A stretch of DNA of 64,000 nt. Source: Lingula anatina (taxonomy: Eukaryota; Animalia; Brachiopoda). Made by a program: the position numbers and the translations under genes. The stretch lies in the NCBI GenBank assembly GCA_051362555.1, contig CM120645.1:1364001-1428000 (forward strand). The letters run 5' to 3'. This document shows positions 13,410 to 24,872 of the stretch, one piece after another. The notes below the pieces were generated by a model, which was given only the letters and a program-made list of their open reading frames with translations, was not told the DNA's origin and did not search any database. Every line of letters starts with the position of its first letter. Within the stretch, counting starts at the first letter, position 1.

Positions 13410-13763
13410 CTAAAAATTTGTATCTCGTGTCTTGACTGCAGGTGACCGATGTGTCTTGCGAACTTTTGGACTTTTGACCACTTGAGGTGATCTGTTCTTC
13501 TTTATAGTCATGGAGTTTAAAGCTTTTCTTATGACGTCACCATCCACGTACAGGTCAGGTGCACCTCTCTTTTTAGGTTTTCTTTTCACAGCCATGTTCT
13601 TTTTTAAAGCAACAGTTTTATGCACTTGCAATATTTCAGCACGTCGAGGTGGATGTAACCTACCACCACCCCGTTGAATCCTTGTACCATGGAACTTGTG
13701 TATAGAGCCACCACCCGCCTGTGTCTCGTATCTTTTAACTAGGGCTTGATAAACAGGATCCAT
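13410..13763 (-). CDS. Basic virion core-like protein with Gly-Gly protease sites
   Basis: Y..QAGGG...F.G...QRGGG N-terminus followed by a K/R-rich tail. Lies between the minor and major capsid genes. Confidence 0.7.
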   Translation of the reverse strand: MDPVYQALVKRYETQAGGGSIHKFHGTRIQRGGGRLHPPRRAEILQVHKTVALKKNMAVKRKPKKRGAPDLYVDGDVIRKALNSMTIKKNRSPQVVKSPKVRKTHRSPAVKTRDTNF

Positions 13764-13765
13764 TG

Positions 13766-14497
13766 TTACAGTAAACTTTTTCGGCGAAAATGTAACGTCG
13801 CAATCGTCTTCCCACTATCGAAATGCACAAGTTCACCCGTGTCGCGACATATATCTATTCGAATGGTATCGATGTGATGTTGATTCAAAGGGATGTAAAT
13901 AGGCGAATCAAATGTTTTGGTAACAACTTCCTCACGTTTACCATTGACACCAACGATCTTCAGTAAATTTGCAGACGCATCCCCCACCAACTGATTTTGT
14001 ATGATATCCGCGTATACATATAGCGAATTAAAGCCTAGAGTCATGTTGGGAGGGTTAGGAGCTATCACGTCTGAAGTTACCCTCGTGTCCGTTACCCAAC
14101 CTAACATCTTTCCTACATCACCGGTAAAATTGATACTTGCACCGGAACGTAAATGAACTGTAACTCGTCTCGATATAATATTATATCCTAGTGTGATGTT
14201 TGTTTTTCCAACAGTTGATAGGTCATCGTGGATTGTAGTTATGAGGTCATTGATGGTTCGATAGTATCCAGCAGGGATAGACAATGTATTTGTCGTCAGT
14301 CCATCATAATACATCAGAGCACTATCTTTTAGATTTTTCCATGTTTTTGGATATTGAAGTTCCACTAAGGCAACTTCGTAGTCACCATCTAAATATAAGG
14401 TTGACGACAACTTTGTTTGAAATGACTCAGCTTTATTCTTTGGAAAATACTTAAAGCTGCTGTTAGAAGGTAAGATAACATGAAAAGACGAGGCCAT
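13766..14497 (-). CDS. Single jelly-roll minor capsid protein (PX/penton-like)
   Basis: F.V.LPSNSS..YFP.N....F.TKL...L.L.G.YEVAL.E..YP..W, LYVY.DII..Q.VGD....LL, Y.PL and TLHFR motifs. Confidence 0.9.
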   Translation of the reverse strand: MASSFHVILPSNSSFKYFPKNKAESFQTKLSSTLYLDGDYEVALVELQYPKTWKNLKDSALMYYDGLTTNTLSIPAGYYRTINDLITTIHDDLSTVGKTNITLGYNIISRRVTVHLRSGASINFTGDVGKMLGWVTDTRVTSDVIAPNPPNMTLGFNSLYVYADIIQNQLVGDASANLLKIVGVNGKREEVVTKTFDSPIYIPLNQHHIDTIRIDICRDTGELVHFDSGKTIATLHFRRKSLL

Positions 14498-14534
14498 CGC
14501 TTCAACTGGAGCTCCGGGGAAAACAAAATATCAT

Positions 14535-15543
14535 TTATACCGTTTTAACATCTGCTGCCTTGATCCAACTGTTAAATTTTTCTGGATAACCTCGCCATTT
14601 TACAAAATGTTCCCTCGATTTACCCTTGCCTCTTGATTTTAAAATTTTTTCGACTATGTACACATCGTCTTTCTTCACAACACGAATCATTTCAGGTTCG
14701 TAGAAGACACCCTCTATCTCTTCTTCTTCGTAATCTTCCACCTTGTAGACGGGCGGTGACCTGTTTAAACGCTGCGTTATTGTAAACAACTCCTGTGTCC
14801 AACCCTGCTCGTAGCCTTTGGCAAATGGAGTTCTATACTTGCTCAACCTAACAGTGTCTCCAGTGTTGAATTTAAACTTTGCTTTTTTGAATATTGTATC
14901 CCCGTAAAGGTTTTTCCATACCAACTCTGAGTTGTTTTCTTTCGACGCTTCTGTTGGTGACATACCAATGCTCCTGTGTTTAGCTGCATTGTATCCCTTC
15001 AAAAGTTGGTCAAGTGCGTATAAATATGTAAGTGTATTGTTGGCGGTGAAATATTTGTACATGCGAGATTTTAACGTTCTGTTAAACCTTTCAACTATCG
15101 AACTTTTTCGTTCCGACTTTGTTGTGAAAAAGGCTATTCCTTGTTCCTTCAGGTATGCCTGAAATTTTTTATTTGTAAATTCTGTTCCTGCATCGGTTTG
15201 TAAAATTGCCGGTTTTCGGCCTTCTGCTAAAATATTATTAAACGCTTCCAACACACTATCAGCAGTTTTTGATTTGATGGCCACAGCCCATGCGTACTTT
15301 GAAAAAACATCAATCACAGTTAACAAAAATTTCATTCCTTTATTGTATTTTGATAATTTGCTGAGGTCAGCTAAATCTGCTTGCCATTGCTGATCTGTAC
15401 GACCAACAACAACACGATTGGTATGGAATCTTTTTCTGACGTTAGCGTGTAGAGTATATGTATCTTGTTTCGTCAAGAACTCTTCGATTTGCATACGGGT
15501 AATCTTCTTTTTAGCTTTTCTCGCCGCTTCATATAATTTCAAT
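14535..15543 (-). CDS. Polinton retroviral-like DDE integrase with C-terminal chromodomain, N-terminally truncated
   Basis: YTLH, WQADLAD, LQTDAGTEF, VERFNRTLK motifs and chromodomain YIVEKIL...VKWRGYPEKFNSWI. The first ~24 aa of the called ORF are the antisense of a host LRR exon. Confidence 0.92.
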
Positions 15544-15544
15544 A

Positions 15545-16025
15545 TAACAAAGACTATGACAGATGTCCGGATGTCTGTGAAGCCGTGCGTGAACTGAGCC
15601 AAGGTGTGATACACACCACCAAGCTAAAGGACTTCTCATTCCGTGACAATGGCTTGGGTCAGTACCACGGTATCACCAGTCCACTGATAGCATTGATAAA
15701 ATCTCTCAGTACAGTGTCAGAGCAGACTGGAATGGAGATTGGCATGTCCTGGAATGACCTGGGCAGTGTTGACCTCCGCAGTGACATGGACATAGAAGGC
15801 GTATTTAGCTTTGCCTCTTTTGGGTTAATGTCAGAGCCGACTGGAATGAAGATTAACATGTCCTGTAATAACCTGGGTAGAGTTGAGCGCCTCAGTGACC
15901 TGATAGAAGCCATTGTCAGTTCTTACCAGCATGTATCATCTTGGGATCTTTGGGGTAATGGCCTTAAAGAGAGTCTCCCGCAGCCAGACGACAGCCTTAG
16001 ATACAAAGTGTTGCTATATCTGTGA
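15545..16025 (+). pseudogene. 3' part of an NLR-type LRR-like terminal exon (paralog of 59030-59734)
   Basis: DVCEAVRELSQGVIHTTKLKDFSFRDNGLGQYHGITSPLIALIKSL aligns with DVYQAVLELSYGVKHTTKLKYFSINRNQLGRYHGITSPLTALVRSL. Confidence 0.8.
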
Positions 16026-16070
16026 CAGTAAGGGCGAGGAGGACTAGTTACTTTGATATCAAAGACTGGG

Positions 16071-16280
16071 TTCCCATAGATTTAGATCGATCTATACGGA
16101 TCGACCTTACTCCCTGGGGGTTCACCCTAAATTGCTGTCAGGTTCAAAGCGCCGGGGGGCACTAAAGTTGATTACCTCCTTACAGCTTTTAGTAGGCGGG
16201 GCAGACAAATAAGCCGGTCAGGCTGACAACAATCTAGTGAGATTCTCCACGGGGATAGATCGAACTAAAAACCATGGGAA
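16071..16280. mobile_element. Small MITE-like element
   Basis: ttcccatagatttagatcgatctat and atagatcgaactaaaaaccatgggaa form imperfect inverted ends. Confidence 0.55.
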
Positions 16281-18120
16281 TGCACCCAAAATACCTATAA
16301 ACTGAAACATGAAAATGTGTGTTATTCCTAGCTGACATATACCAATTATGTTTATTTCATGATGTAATTGCTATAGTACGGTTTTGATTTTTAATCACCA
16401 AGTAATGCTTAGCCATGCCTCTGTCGATCAGTTTTTCAGTATTCAATATAATATGAAATGTTACCTATACACTAATAGTGTGGAAATATGAAGAGGAATC
16501 AGCTGGATTGTTACATTGTATCTTATTGTCAGCCCTTAACAACTACTGGTAAAGTGCATCCCAAATCTTTATGAAAAATGTAAAACTTGATACATTTGTA
16601 AATAATTGATACATTGTTTTTCCTTTCAATATCAAACTACAGTACATATTACAGTGGGCCATAACATGTCAAGACACATGTTGGTTATTATATTTATATT
16701 TTGTTTTGACTAATTTATATTATAGCCTTATTTACATATGCAATTATGTGCTGGGTGTAGTAATTTATTTCATCTAATAATTTGTTTCCCTTTTCAAACA
16801 CATTTATTTACGTTAAATACACACGTAGGTGGTTGCGTAAATATTGTGTTAGAAAATGTACATGTATATCGACGAATATAGGTGCGTTTTTATCAAAGAA
16901 ATAGGTAGCTTATTTGTTAACTTGACATACAGCTAATCATGAAATTTAATTGTCTTTGTGAAAAAAAGTGTAAATCTGTATATCACTATGTGTGTGCAAG
17001 TTGGATGGGTGAAATATATATAGTTATAGTACCTGTTTTTTGTACATTTAAAATAAAACGTCATGCATTTGACAGATTATGTAGGTTCATTATTTTGAAA
17101 TTTGGTTTATAATTAGCTGTTTTCACACATTAAAGTTTTCTTGAAGATAATGATAAGTTAAAAGTAGGCGTTTTTTAAACGGTTATAATCTGCAAATTTC
17201 TGATTATTGCTTATACAGGTATCAGACTTGAAAATGATTACAGTTTATTTTTAATCAATTTTGAAAATTGAAGTTTTGTGGGACAAAACCTAGTTGTGAT
17301 GAAGATTAAAGTAAGAAGTCTTATAATAATTCCCTATTTTTCCCTAGGAAGGTCATCTGGTTAACACCTGTATTATTGTTCTTTTTATAATTCCTAAACT
17401 ATTAATCCAAACTAAACTACATGTATTAATGGTCCCACGCGTTGTATAAGTGATTTGAAGAAAAATAAATTGTGAGTTGTTCACATTTTAGACAGTAAAT
17501 TTTGTTATTGAGTAATTTTTTTTTATTTTGCTGTAAAATTAACTAAGTTACACTATTTTTTCTTGGTAATATTTTTAAATATTTTTAATATATTTAAAAA
17601 TACTTGAATTCAGTTTAAAGACAAACAGCAACTGCAGTATGGTGTGGTTTTTATATGTGATTTTTTTACCGCCCATCATTATCATTTGTAGTATGTAAAT
17701 CTAAAATAAAAGTGATTTAATAAGTAACCAGTACAGTCCGAACTGGGGGTAGTAAATGTTTTAATAATGTATCAATGCAGACAGACCTGGAAATGATAGA
17801 TGATATAAAAAAGCATCAATGCCCTCAAACCTGGGAGTGATAAATGATTTAATATTGTAACATAATCACAAATTTTGACGCCCACTGATTGGTCGGGAGC
17901 GTCACACACAGATTAATATCAGCTTATATTGAGCTTCCAGTTAGTAAATATATAGGTTTGGGTGGATCGGTTTCAATTTTTTATGAAAAAGGATGGGCAC
18001 TGGGGGCCGTTTGCATCTCAGTCGAGTGGAGTGACGGTGTATGTGGTTTGATAGAAAAAAGTCGAATCACTGGTATCCACCGTGGACTTGTACGTCTCCA
18101 AATCTCGACAAAGGGACTAG

Positions 18121-18151
<31 letters not shown>

Positions 18152-18365
18152 TCAAAGTACTAGTACCGCGGACTGAGAACGTTGCACCTGACTTGCCAGT
18201 ATTGAACCCAAACTTTTGTAATACTACTCCTGTTTGTGTCTGGTCCCACTGTGAACCCCCTCTGCCAGTGAAACAGCTCCTCTAGATGGCTGTGGGTCTT
18301 GTTCAGAGTGGGGTCCCTCATAGTGCTCTGTAGTGTGAACTGAATGATATCTGCACTGTTCTGAA

Positions 18366-18442
18366 ATATAATATAATATAATATAATATAATATAATATA
18401 ATATAATATAATATAATATAATATAATATAATATAATATAAT
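18366..18442. repeat. (TAATA)n microsatellite
   Basis: Direct reading. Confidence 0.95.
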
Positions 18443-18481
18443 GTTGCTCTTGCAAAATAATGAATGCAATGTTTGACGTTG

Positions 18482-19065
18482 TAACATTTATCTTCAATGC
18501 TAAATCAAAGAAAGCAATGTGAGAAGCCTATTTTGCAATTTTATTCATGTACCCGTGAATTGTAATTATTGTAATTATTACATCATTGGTAACATAGCAT
18601 TTGTGCTAATGAATAGGAACATAGTCAGTGAACACTGAATGTTCTGCTTTTATCCAAAACACGTTCATAAAAACAGTGATTTTAAAATAATATTTTTTAC
18701 TGAGACAATTAAACAATGTTATGAAGCATTAATTCTGTTTTATCTTACTTTCTAACATTTATCTTCAATGCTAAATCAAAGAAAGAAATGTGAGAAGCCT
18801 ATTATGCATTTTCATTCATGTACCCGCGAATTGTAATAATTGCAATTATTACATCATTGGTAACGTAACACTTGTGCTAATGAAAACGAACATAGTCAGT
18901 GAACACTGAATGTTCTTCTTTTATCCAATACACGCACGTTCATAAAGACAGTCATTTTAAAATCCTCATATTTTTTAGTGAGACAAAGAATTTTACGAAG
19001 TAGTCTTTTATCTAATCAATATCATTAACAATGTGCATTGTTATGAAGCATTCTGTTTTATCTTA
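18482..19065. repeat. Tandem duplication of a ~270-bp unit
   Basis: taacatttatcttcaatgctaaatcaaagaaag starts at both ~18482 and ~18752 and continues colinearly. Confidence 0.85.
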
Positions 19066-21084
19066 TCAGTATTATTAGCAATGTGTTTGATATAATGATT
19101 TTCAAGTCTTGGCAAGTTCAACATCCGTGTCGTCCATACTGACAATGATTTTGTTTATGCTATTATCTGGGGTTGAATTAATGTTTCCAAATTTCTTTAA
19201 GTATCGTCAATATAATCTTAAATGGACCCCTGATGACACTTATGTCAGTCATTTGAGAATAAAACGTGATTAATCGACATAACGCATGAAAATAAATAAA
19301 TAAATTAATTAATAAGAAAGAATTACCCACAAAGTTTTTTTTATAGATTAACTGTGTACTGATCTTTATATACCAACAAATAACAGTAGAACTGGCCACG
19401 TTCACAACTCATTGACCGGTTACAGGTGGTTTCTGTTTGTTGGACCGTTAGAGTTATGTCCAACTTCCCTCCAGCAAACTCAAGTGACTTGCTAATAGAT
19501 CATTTGTCCGACCTAAATGTCCTAAACTCGACGTTTAAAAAAATCTCACTTTCTGTGCTCTTCTCTTTGTGTCACACAGACGTTATTTCCGGGCGCTCAC
19601 CACACAGAAAAAAAAACAACTCATACCCACAGTTTAAACCCTAAGGCTGCTAAGGCTAGACAGTCGTCAGCATACAGGTCTTTCATATATGTCATACATG
19701 TAGCGCTGTCATACGCATAAAAATTAAAATTCTATTTTTTTTTTTGTTTGGTGATATAAAGAACATGGTGGGTATTAAATAGATAACACCCGGCTTCAGT
19801 CCCTTCAATCTGATTCATAGTCAATGCGTCATCAATATTCACCGCAATATTTATTCAGATTAGAGCCTGTGTTAGAGGTCAGCACCCATGTGATCATTCG
19901 CCATAATATAAGGAGCTTCTGTGCACATTCTCATCATTTGGAGGTGACGTCGAGATGCTGTACACATGCCGAATATTACTGGTAGTCATCGATAACTGAA
20001 ACGTTTGCAAAGAACAGATCAAAGTGAACATCGCTTGCTGCAAAAACAATGGTAGCGAATATTTTGCGATAAAAGCAATGCTTTTTTTTTTTTTTTTTTT
20101 TTTTTTTGGAAATAAGGAGCTCCAGTACCAGATAACTACGTGAGACGAAAAAAATTTTTAGAACTCATGATGTCAACAACATTACCTGACAACATTTGAG
20201 AGACGCCATTTGTTACTACATTAGAAGAAAATCTTAACGCAGCTTAATGAATGTCACTTTTGAAGACTTAAAATGTATAAGGACCAGTCTTCTTGATGGA
20301 AAACTCTGACAAAACGTCATTGTGCAAGAACTCACTGGGCATGGAATACCAATGATGTATTTTATCTGCTGAGTGTAGAAGACTTCCTTAATGAACTTTT
20401 CTGAAGAAATACCGTAAAATACCGCAGATAGATTGATGTTTTAGAGGTACAGTTTGAGGCTTACTACTTGCAAACTCTCTCTCTCCTACTACTATACCTC
20501 TTTCTCAGTCTTGTTCGTGTAAACAACATGGTAAATTTAAAGTTAAATGCTTCCTATGTGCTTTTTTTCAACCAATAATAAGATTGAAAATTAGATGTTT
20601 CCTCCCTCATCCCCTTCTCTCTCTACTTTATTTTTCCTCCTCCCCCTCTCCCTCTCCTCTCTCTTCCAGTCTCTCCCTCTTGATATATTAGGGGTACAGC
20701 ATGAGTCTGTCCTCCTAACTACTATCACAATACCCCCTTCTCTATTTCAACACACATTACATTTGGTAAGTGCCTTAATTGAGATATCAACTGCTTATGA
20801 AAGGGTTCAAAGAAAAAGGGCGGGGTTCTTTTCAAGATGGAGAAAAATGACCTCTGTCACCATACAAATTTAAATAAACGATCTGTTTTGTGTAATATTC
20901 CTAAAATATTTTTTGATATATAAAGTGCTAAGAATGGCATCTTTTTTTCTAATCTTTAGTGTGTAAATTTTGAAGAAAAATAAAGACAGAACTAATTAGG
21001 CTTAAAGCTGACACCAACATGAATTACATTTTATTACTGCTTAAGTCGCTTATAACATGCTCCCTGTTAATACACCCTGGACTT

Positions 21085-21715
21085 TGGTCCTGATTATTAA
21101 TAACATCGCCTGATTTTGCTGCGTGACAATTTTGAAGTAAAAGATAACTTATTAAACCAAGTGCCACTGTGTACAACTAAATTGATAGCAGAAGTAGAGT
21201 TTTGCAGAACTTAAGTCCTGGTTATTGACAACATCACCTGGTTCTGCTACGTGACAATTATATTAGTAAAAGATAACTTATTAAACTATGTGCCACTGTG
21301 TACAACTTCACTGACAGCAGAGGTAGAGTGAGGCAGTCAGCGAGTTGGGCTGTGCGGTGCACCCACTTCACTCATTGTCTATGTTTATGAGATTTCAACC
21401 AAACCAAATATAAATGATAACACTGTTCTGAATTGTCTTGGTTGTTTTTGTTTGTTAGTTTGCGTTTATGTATGATGGACACCCGAGTGTCCGTATGTCG
21501 ATTTCAAGGTTAATAATTGTTTCGCTATTGTCTTCCCCTCCATCTTGATTCAATGTTAAGTTCATCATATCATTATATCAATTAAGCGGACACTCTACTT
21601 CTGCTATCAATGCAATTGTGCACAGCTACACTTAGTTTTATAAGTTATTTATTACTGATACTTCAAAACTGCCAGTCAGCAAAATCAGGTGATGTTTTTA
21701 ATATTCAGGACCTAA
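21085..21715. repeat. ~120-bp unit: two direct copies and one inverted copy, with a relative at ~34925-35040
   Basis: cctg.ttatt.a.aacatc.cctg.tt.tgct...gatagcagaagtagagt at ~21089 and ~21217. Reverse complement at ~21591-21712. Confidence 0.7.
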
Positions 21716-22712
21716 GATCGCACGTAAGTACCAAGGTTAATAACTGTTTTGCTATTGTCATTTAATTCCCACTTGTGAAATAGTCCCTTTCAGCTTGATC
21801 CACTGTAAAGTTTACCATGTCATTTTATCAATTACAACAGAAAAACACTTTTTTGTTTTATAAATGATATCATGTACTAACCCTTTTGTTAAGCCAAAGA
21901 AACGCAAGCCAACCTCTACAACGCAATGAAGCTAACACCTACCCTTCAGATACTGTTTAAACAAACGTATAGCCAAGTATAATATAAATATACCTATAGA
22001 TCAATGAAATGAAAAGAAATACGTTTCCTTAAACTAGTAAATTTACATAAATATTGATTTAATAGTTGGTAGGATATCCCATCACTTCCGATATTCATGG
22101 TCATTTATGAAGCATTGTGCTACATTTAGCATTACGTAATGTTTGTTAGGTGTAGATTGTATCATCGTTCGTGGAAAAAAGGCGACATTGCAAAAAACAC
22201 AGCTCTGGGCAATCAACAGGCAAATCATCAACGGTACTAAAGGAGCTCATTGTAAATTATAATTTGCAAATGGAGCATAAAGTGCGGACAGAATCTACGT
22301 GGGGTCAAAGTTTTTCTAACATTTTCTTATATCTGGGTGCACATATTGGTCAGTTTTTATTGATGAAACAGGCTGTTACTATGAAACATTTGAAAAATAG
22401 TTGACGGTTAATCTACTTCGTGAAATCTTATTATGCGCTTTTGAACACTAAGAAGGCTGACGTTAAACCTTTAAAGGATTATAATTTGTACGACAACCCA
22501 TATCGTAATTAACTACGTGTTTTTTTATGGGGGGAGGGGAGGTTGCACACACAAATAAATATATATTACTATTCTAATTCGCTTATGCCTAAACGTATAT
22601 AAATTATTTATCGTCTAATAACTCTCAACGAACAAAACCACTTTATCTTCAAACAATAAATTATTTATTTATAAATAGGAATGAATCAATGTGCGTCTGC
22701 CTGTGTACAGAC

Positions 22713-23669
22713 ACCAGCGGGCAAATTATGTTGTTTTAACGTTGAAACAACGTTGAACCATAACGTTGATAAGACGTTGGATAAACGTTGGATTTGAAAG
22801 TTGAATCAACGTCAGATAACAACATTGTATCAACCCCAATTGTTAGACAACATTCTTGCGTGAAAAGACTTTAAAATGACCTGAAATGTTTTTATTTTTG
22901 GTACAAAACACAGGTACACAATTGTAACGTACACTGTAAAAACATCCAAGCGCCCGCTTTTTCTGATTTTTTTCAATGCATTTAGCTCCTACATGTAAGC
23001 ATGTTTTGCACCGAAGCATGGTACACCCTTTTAGCCTGGATGTGTTTAGCATTAGGATGGCTTAATATATGTAGGGTATATATAATATAATATAATATAA
23101 TATAATATAATATAATATAATATATTATATTATATTATATTATATTATATTATAATATAAGATAATATAATATTATATTATATTATATTATATTATATTA
23201 TATTATATTATAATATAATATAATATAATATAATATAATATATGTAGGGTATATATGCAGCGACTTAATCATCCCAGTGTTAGCTGACCTTGCAAGGAAG
23301 TTTATTGGAATGTATTTCTGAATAACAAGTTAATAAAATTCACTAGTTCACTAAAGACACAAAACAACTGTCACTTTTACTTTAAAACACTTTAAATGTT
23401 TTGATAAAGTTAGTTACAGTATTGATAAACAAAGTATTATGTTTTCAATAATTAATATTTTAGATTACAATCCATGTCTTGCATCACGACTGCCAAACAA
23501 CAACGTTGAGTCAATGACCAAAATACAACGTTTAGTCAACGTCACATTATGACGGTGTTTTGACGTGGCTGGATCAACGTTGATTTTACGTTGAATTTAG
23601 GTAGATCAACGGCAATTCAACGTATCAACCTGTTTTCAACGTTGATTCAACGTCACTATGCCTGCTGGG
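22713..23669 (+). mobile_element. CACTA/EnSpm-like non-autonomous element, copy 1
   Basis: (C)CCAGCGGGCA...TGCCTGCTGGG termini, subterminal AACGTTGA repeats and an internal TAATA/TATTA microsatellite. Confidence 0.8.
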
Positions 23670-24056
23670 TAGTGTGCTGTCTGAGACGATCTAATATTAC
23701 ATACGTGTACATACGTTTGTTCCGTCACCAGTTAAGCTACTCTTACAACCATTCGTGTGTGCTTCTACGAGCGGTTTGCGTGAAAAAAAAAAATGGCCAA
23801 GTAGTAAGATACACGCACGTGGAACGTACTGTTTTTGGTGGACGCAAACACGACGCAAAGCACGCAGCCCGAAAACTGGCCGGCCAGTTTTTCGCTACGA
23901 CCTGTCTGCGACAAATAGAACGCCTGGAGCACGCTCGTAACACGCAAGACAAAAGTACTTAGTAAATGCTCTGGGCGTGCGTGTAACGCAGGAAAAGCAT
24001 GCAGAAATTCCGGGGTATTTTACCTCAAAGACGTATACTTACGACGCAAGAGACTC

Positions 24057-24307
24057 CCCAGCGGGCAAATTATGTTGTTTTAACGTTGAAACAACGTTGA
24101 ACCATAACGTTGAGTAGACATTGGATAAACGTTGGATTTGAAAGTTGTGTCAACCTCAGATAACAACGTTGTATCAACGTCAGAAAACAATGTTATATCA
24201 ACCGAACCCAGCGGGAAATTAGCCTGGATGTGTTTAGCAGTAGGACATGTTTGATGGCTAATTATATGTAGTGTAGAAATGTATGGCCGTTAAGTTAAAA
24301 TTTCCAA

Positions 24308-24370
<63 letters not shown>

Positions 24371-24837
24371 AAGTCACAGTCACCTCAACCTGTCTATCTA
24401 TAACAGGTTACCAAGAACTGTTAACTCCATCACATTTACAGCAACTTATTCATCCTAGTGTTAGCTGACCTTGCAAGTATTTCAGTTTATTGGAATGTAT
24501 TTCTGAATAACAAGTTAAGAAAATTCACTACTTAACTAAAGACACAAAACAACTGTCACTTTTACTTTAAACCCCTTTTGTTATTATATTGATAAATTTA
24601 GTTACAGTATTGATAATTAAAGTATCATGTTTTCAATAATTAATATTTTAAATTACAATCCATACCTGCAAGGTTGTGTCATTGACCAAAATACAACGTT
24701 GAGTCAACGTCACATTATGACGGTGTTTCGACGTGGCTGGATCAACGATGATTTAACTTTGAATTTAGGTAGATCAACGGCAATTCAACGTATCAACCTG
24801 TTTTCAACGTTGATCCAACGCAACTATGCCTGCTGGG
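24057..24837 (+). mobile_element. CACTA/EnSpm-like non-autonomous element, copy 2
   Basis: CCCAGCGGGCA...TGCCTGCTGGG, 2-bp TSD TC, internal (TA)n at ~24312-24368. Confidence 0.85.
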
Positions 24838-24872
24838 TCGTACGTTCAACTTGCTTTCAATGTACGTGTTAA

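Larger units (their letters stand above)
11210..15543. mobile_element. Polinton/Maverick (adintovirus-like) internal fragment: integrase plus virion morphogenesis genes
   Basis: Six tightly packed intronless ORFs with Polinton-type motifs. No TIRs, pPolB or packaging ATPase. Both terminal ORFs appear 5'-truncated. Confidence 0.92.

Noticed and set aside
15544-15614. Called N-terminus of the integrase ORF (MYHTLAQF...)
   Set aside because: It is the antisense of the host LRR exon. Integrase similarity starts at KLYEAA, so this is not a real start or a meaningful fusion.
22715-24837. Recurrent AACGTTGA motifs as a CRISPR-like array
   Set aside because: Spacing is irregular and there are no unique spacers. 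These are subterminal repeats of a eukaryotic MITE.
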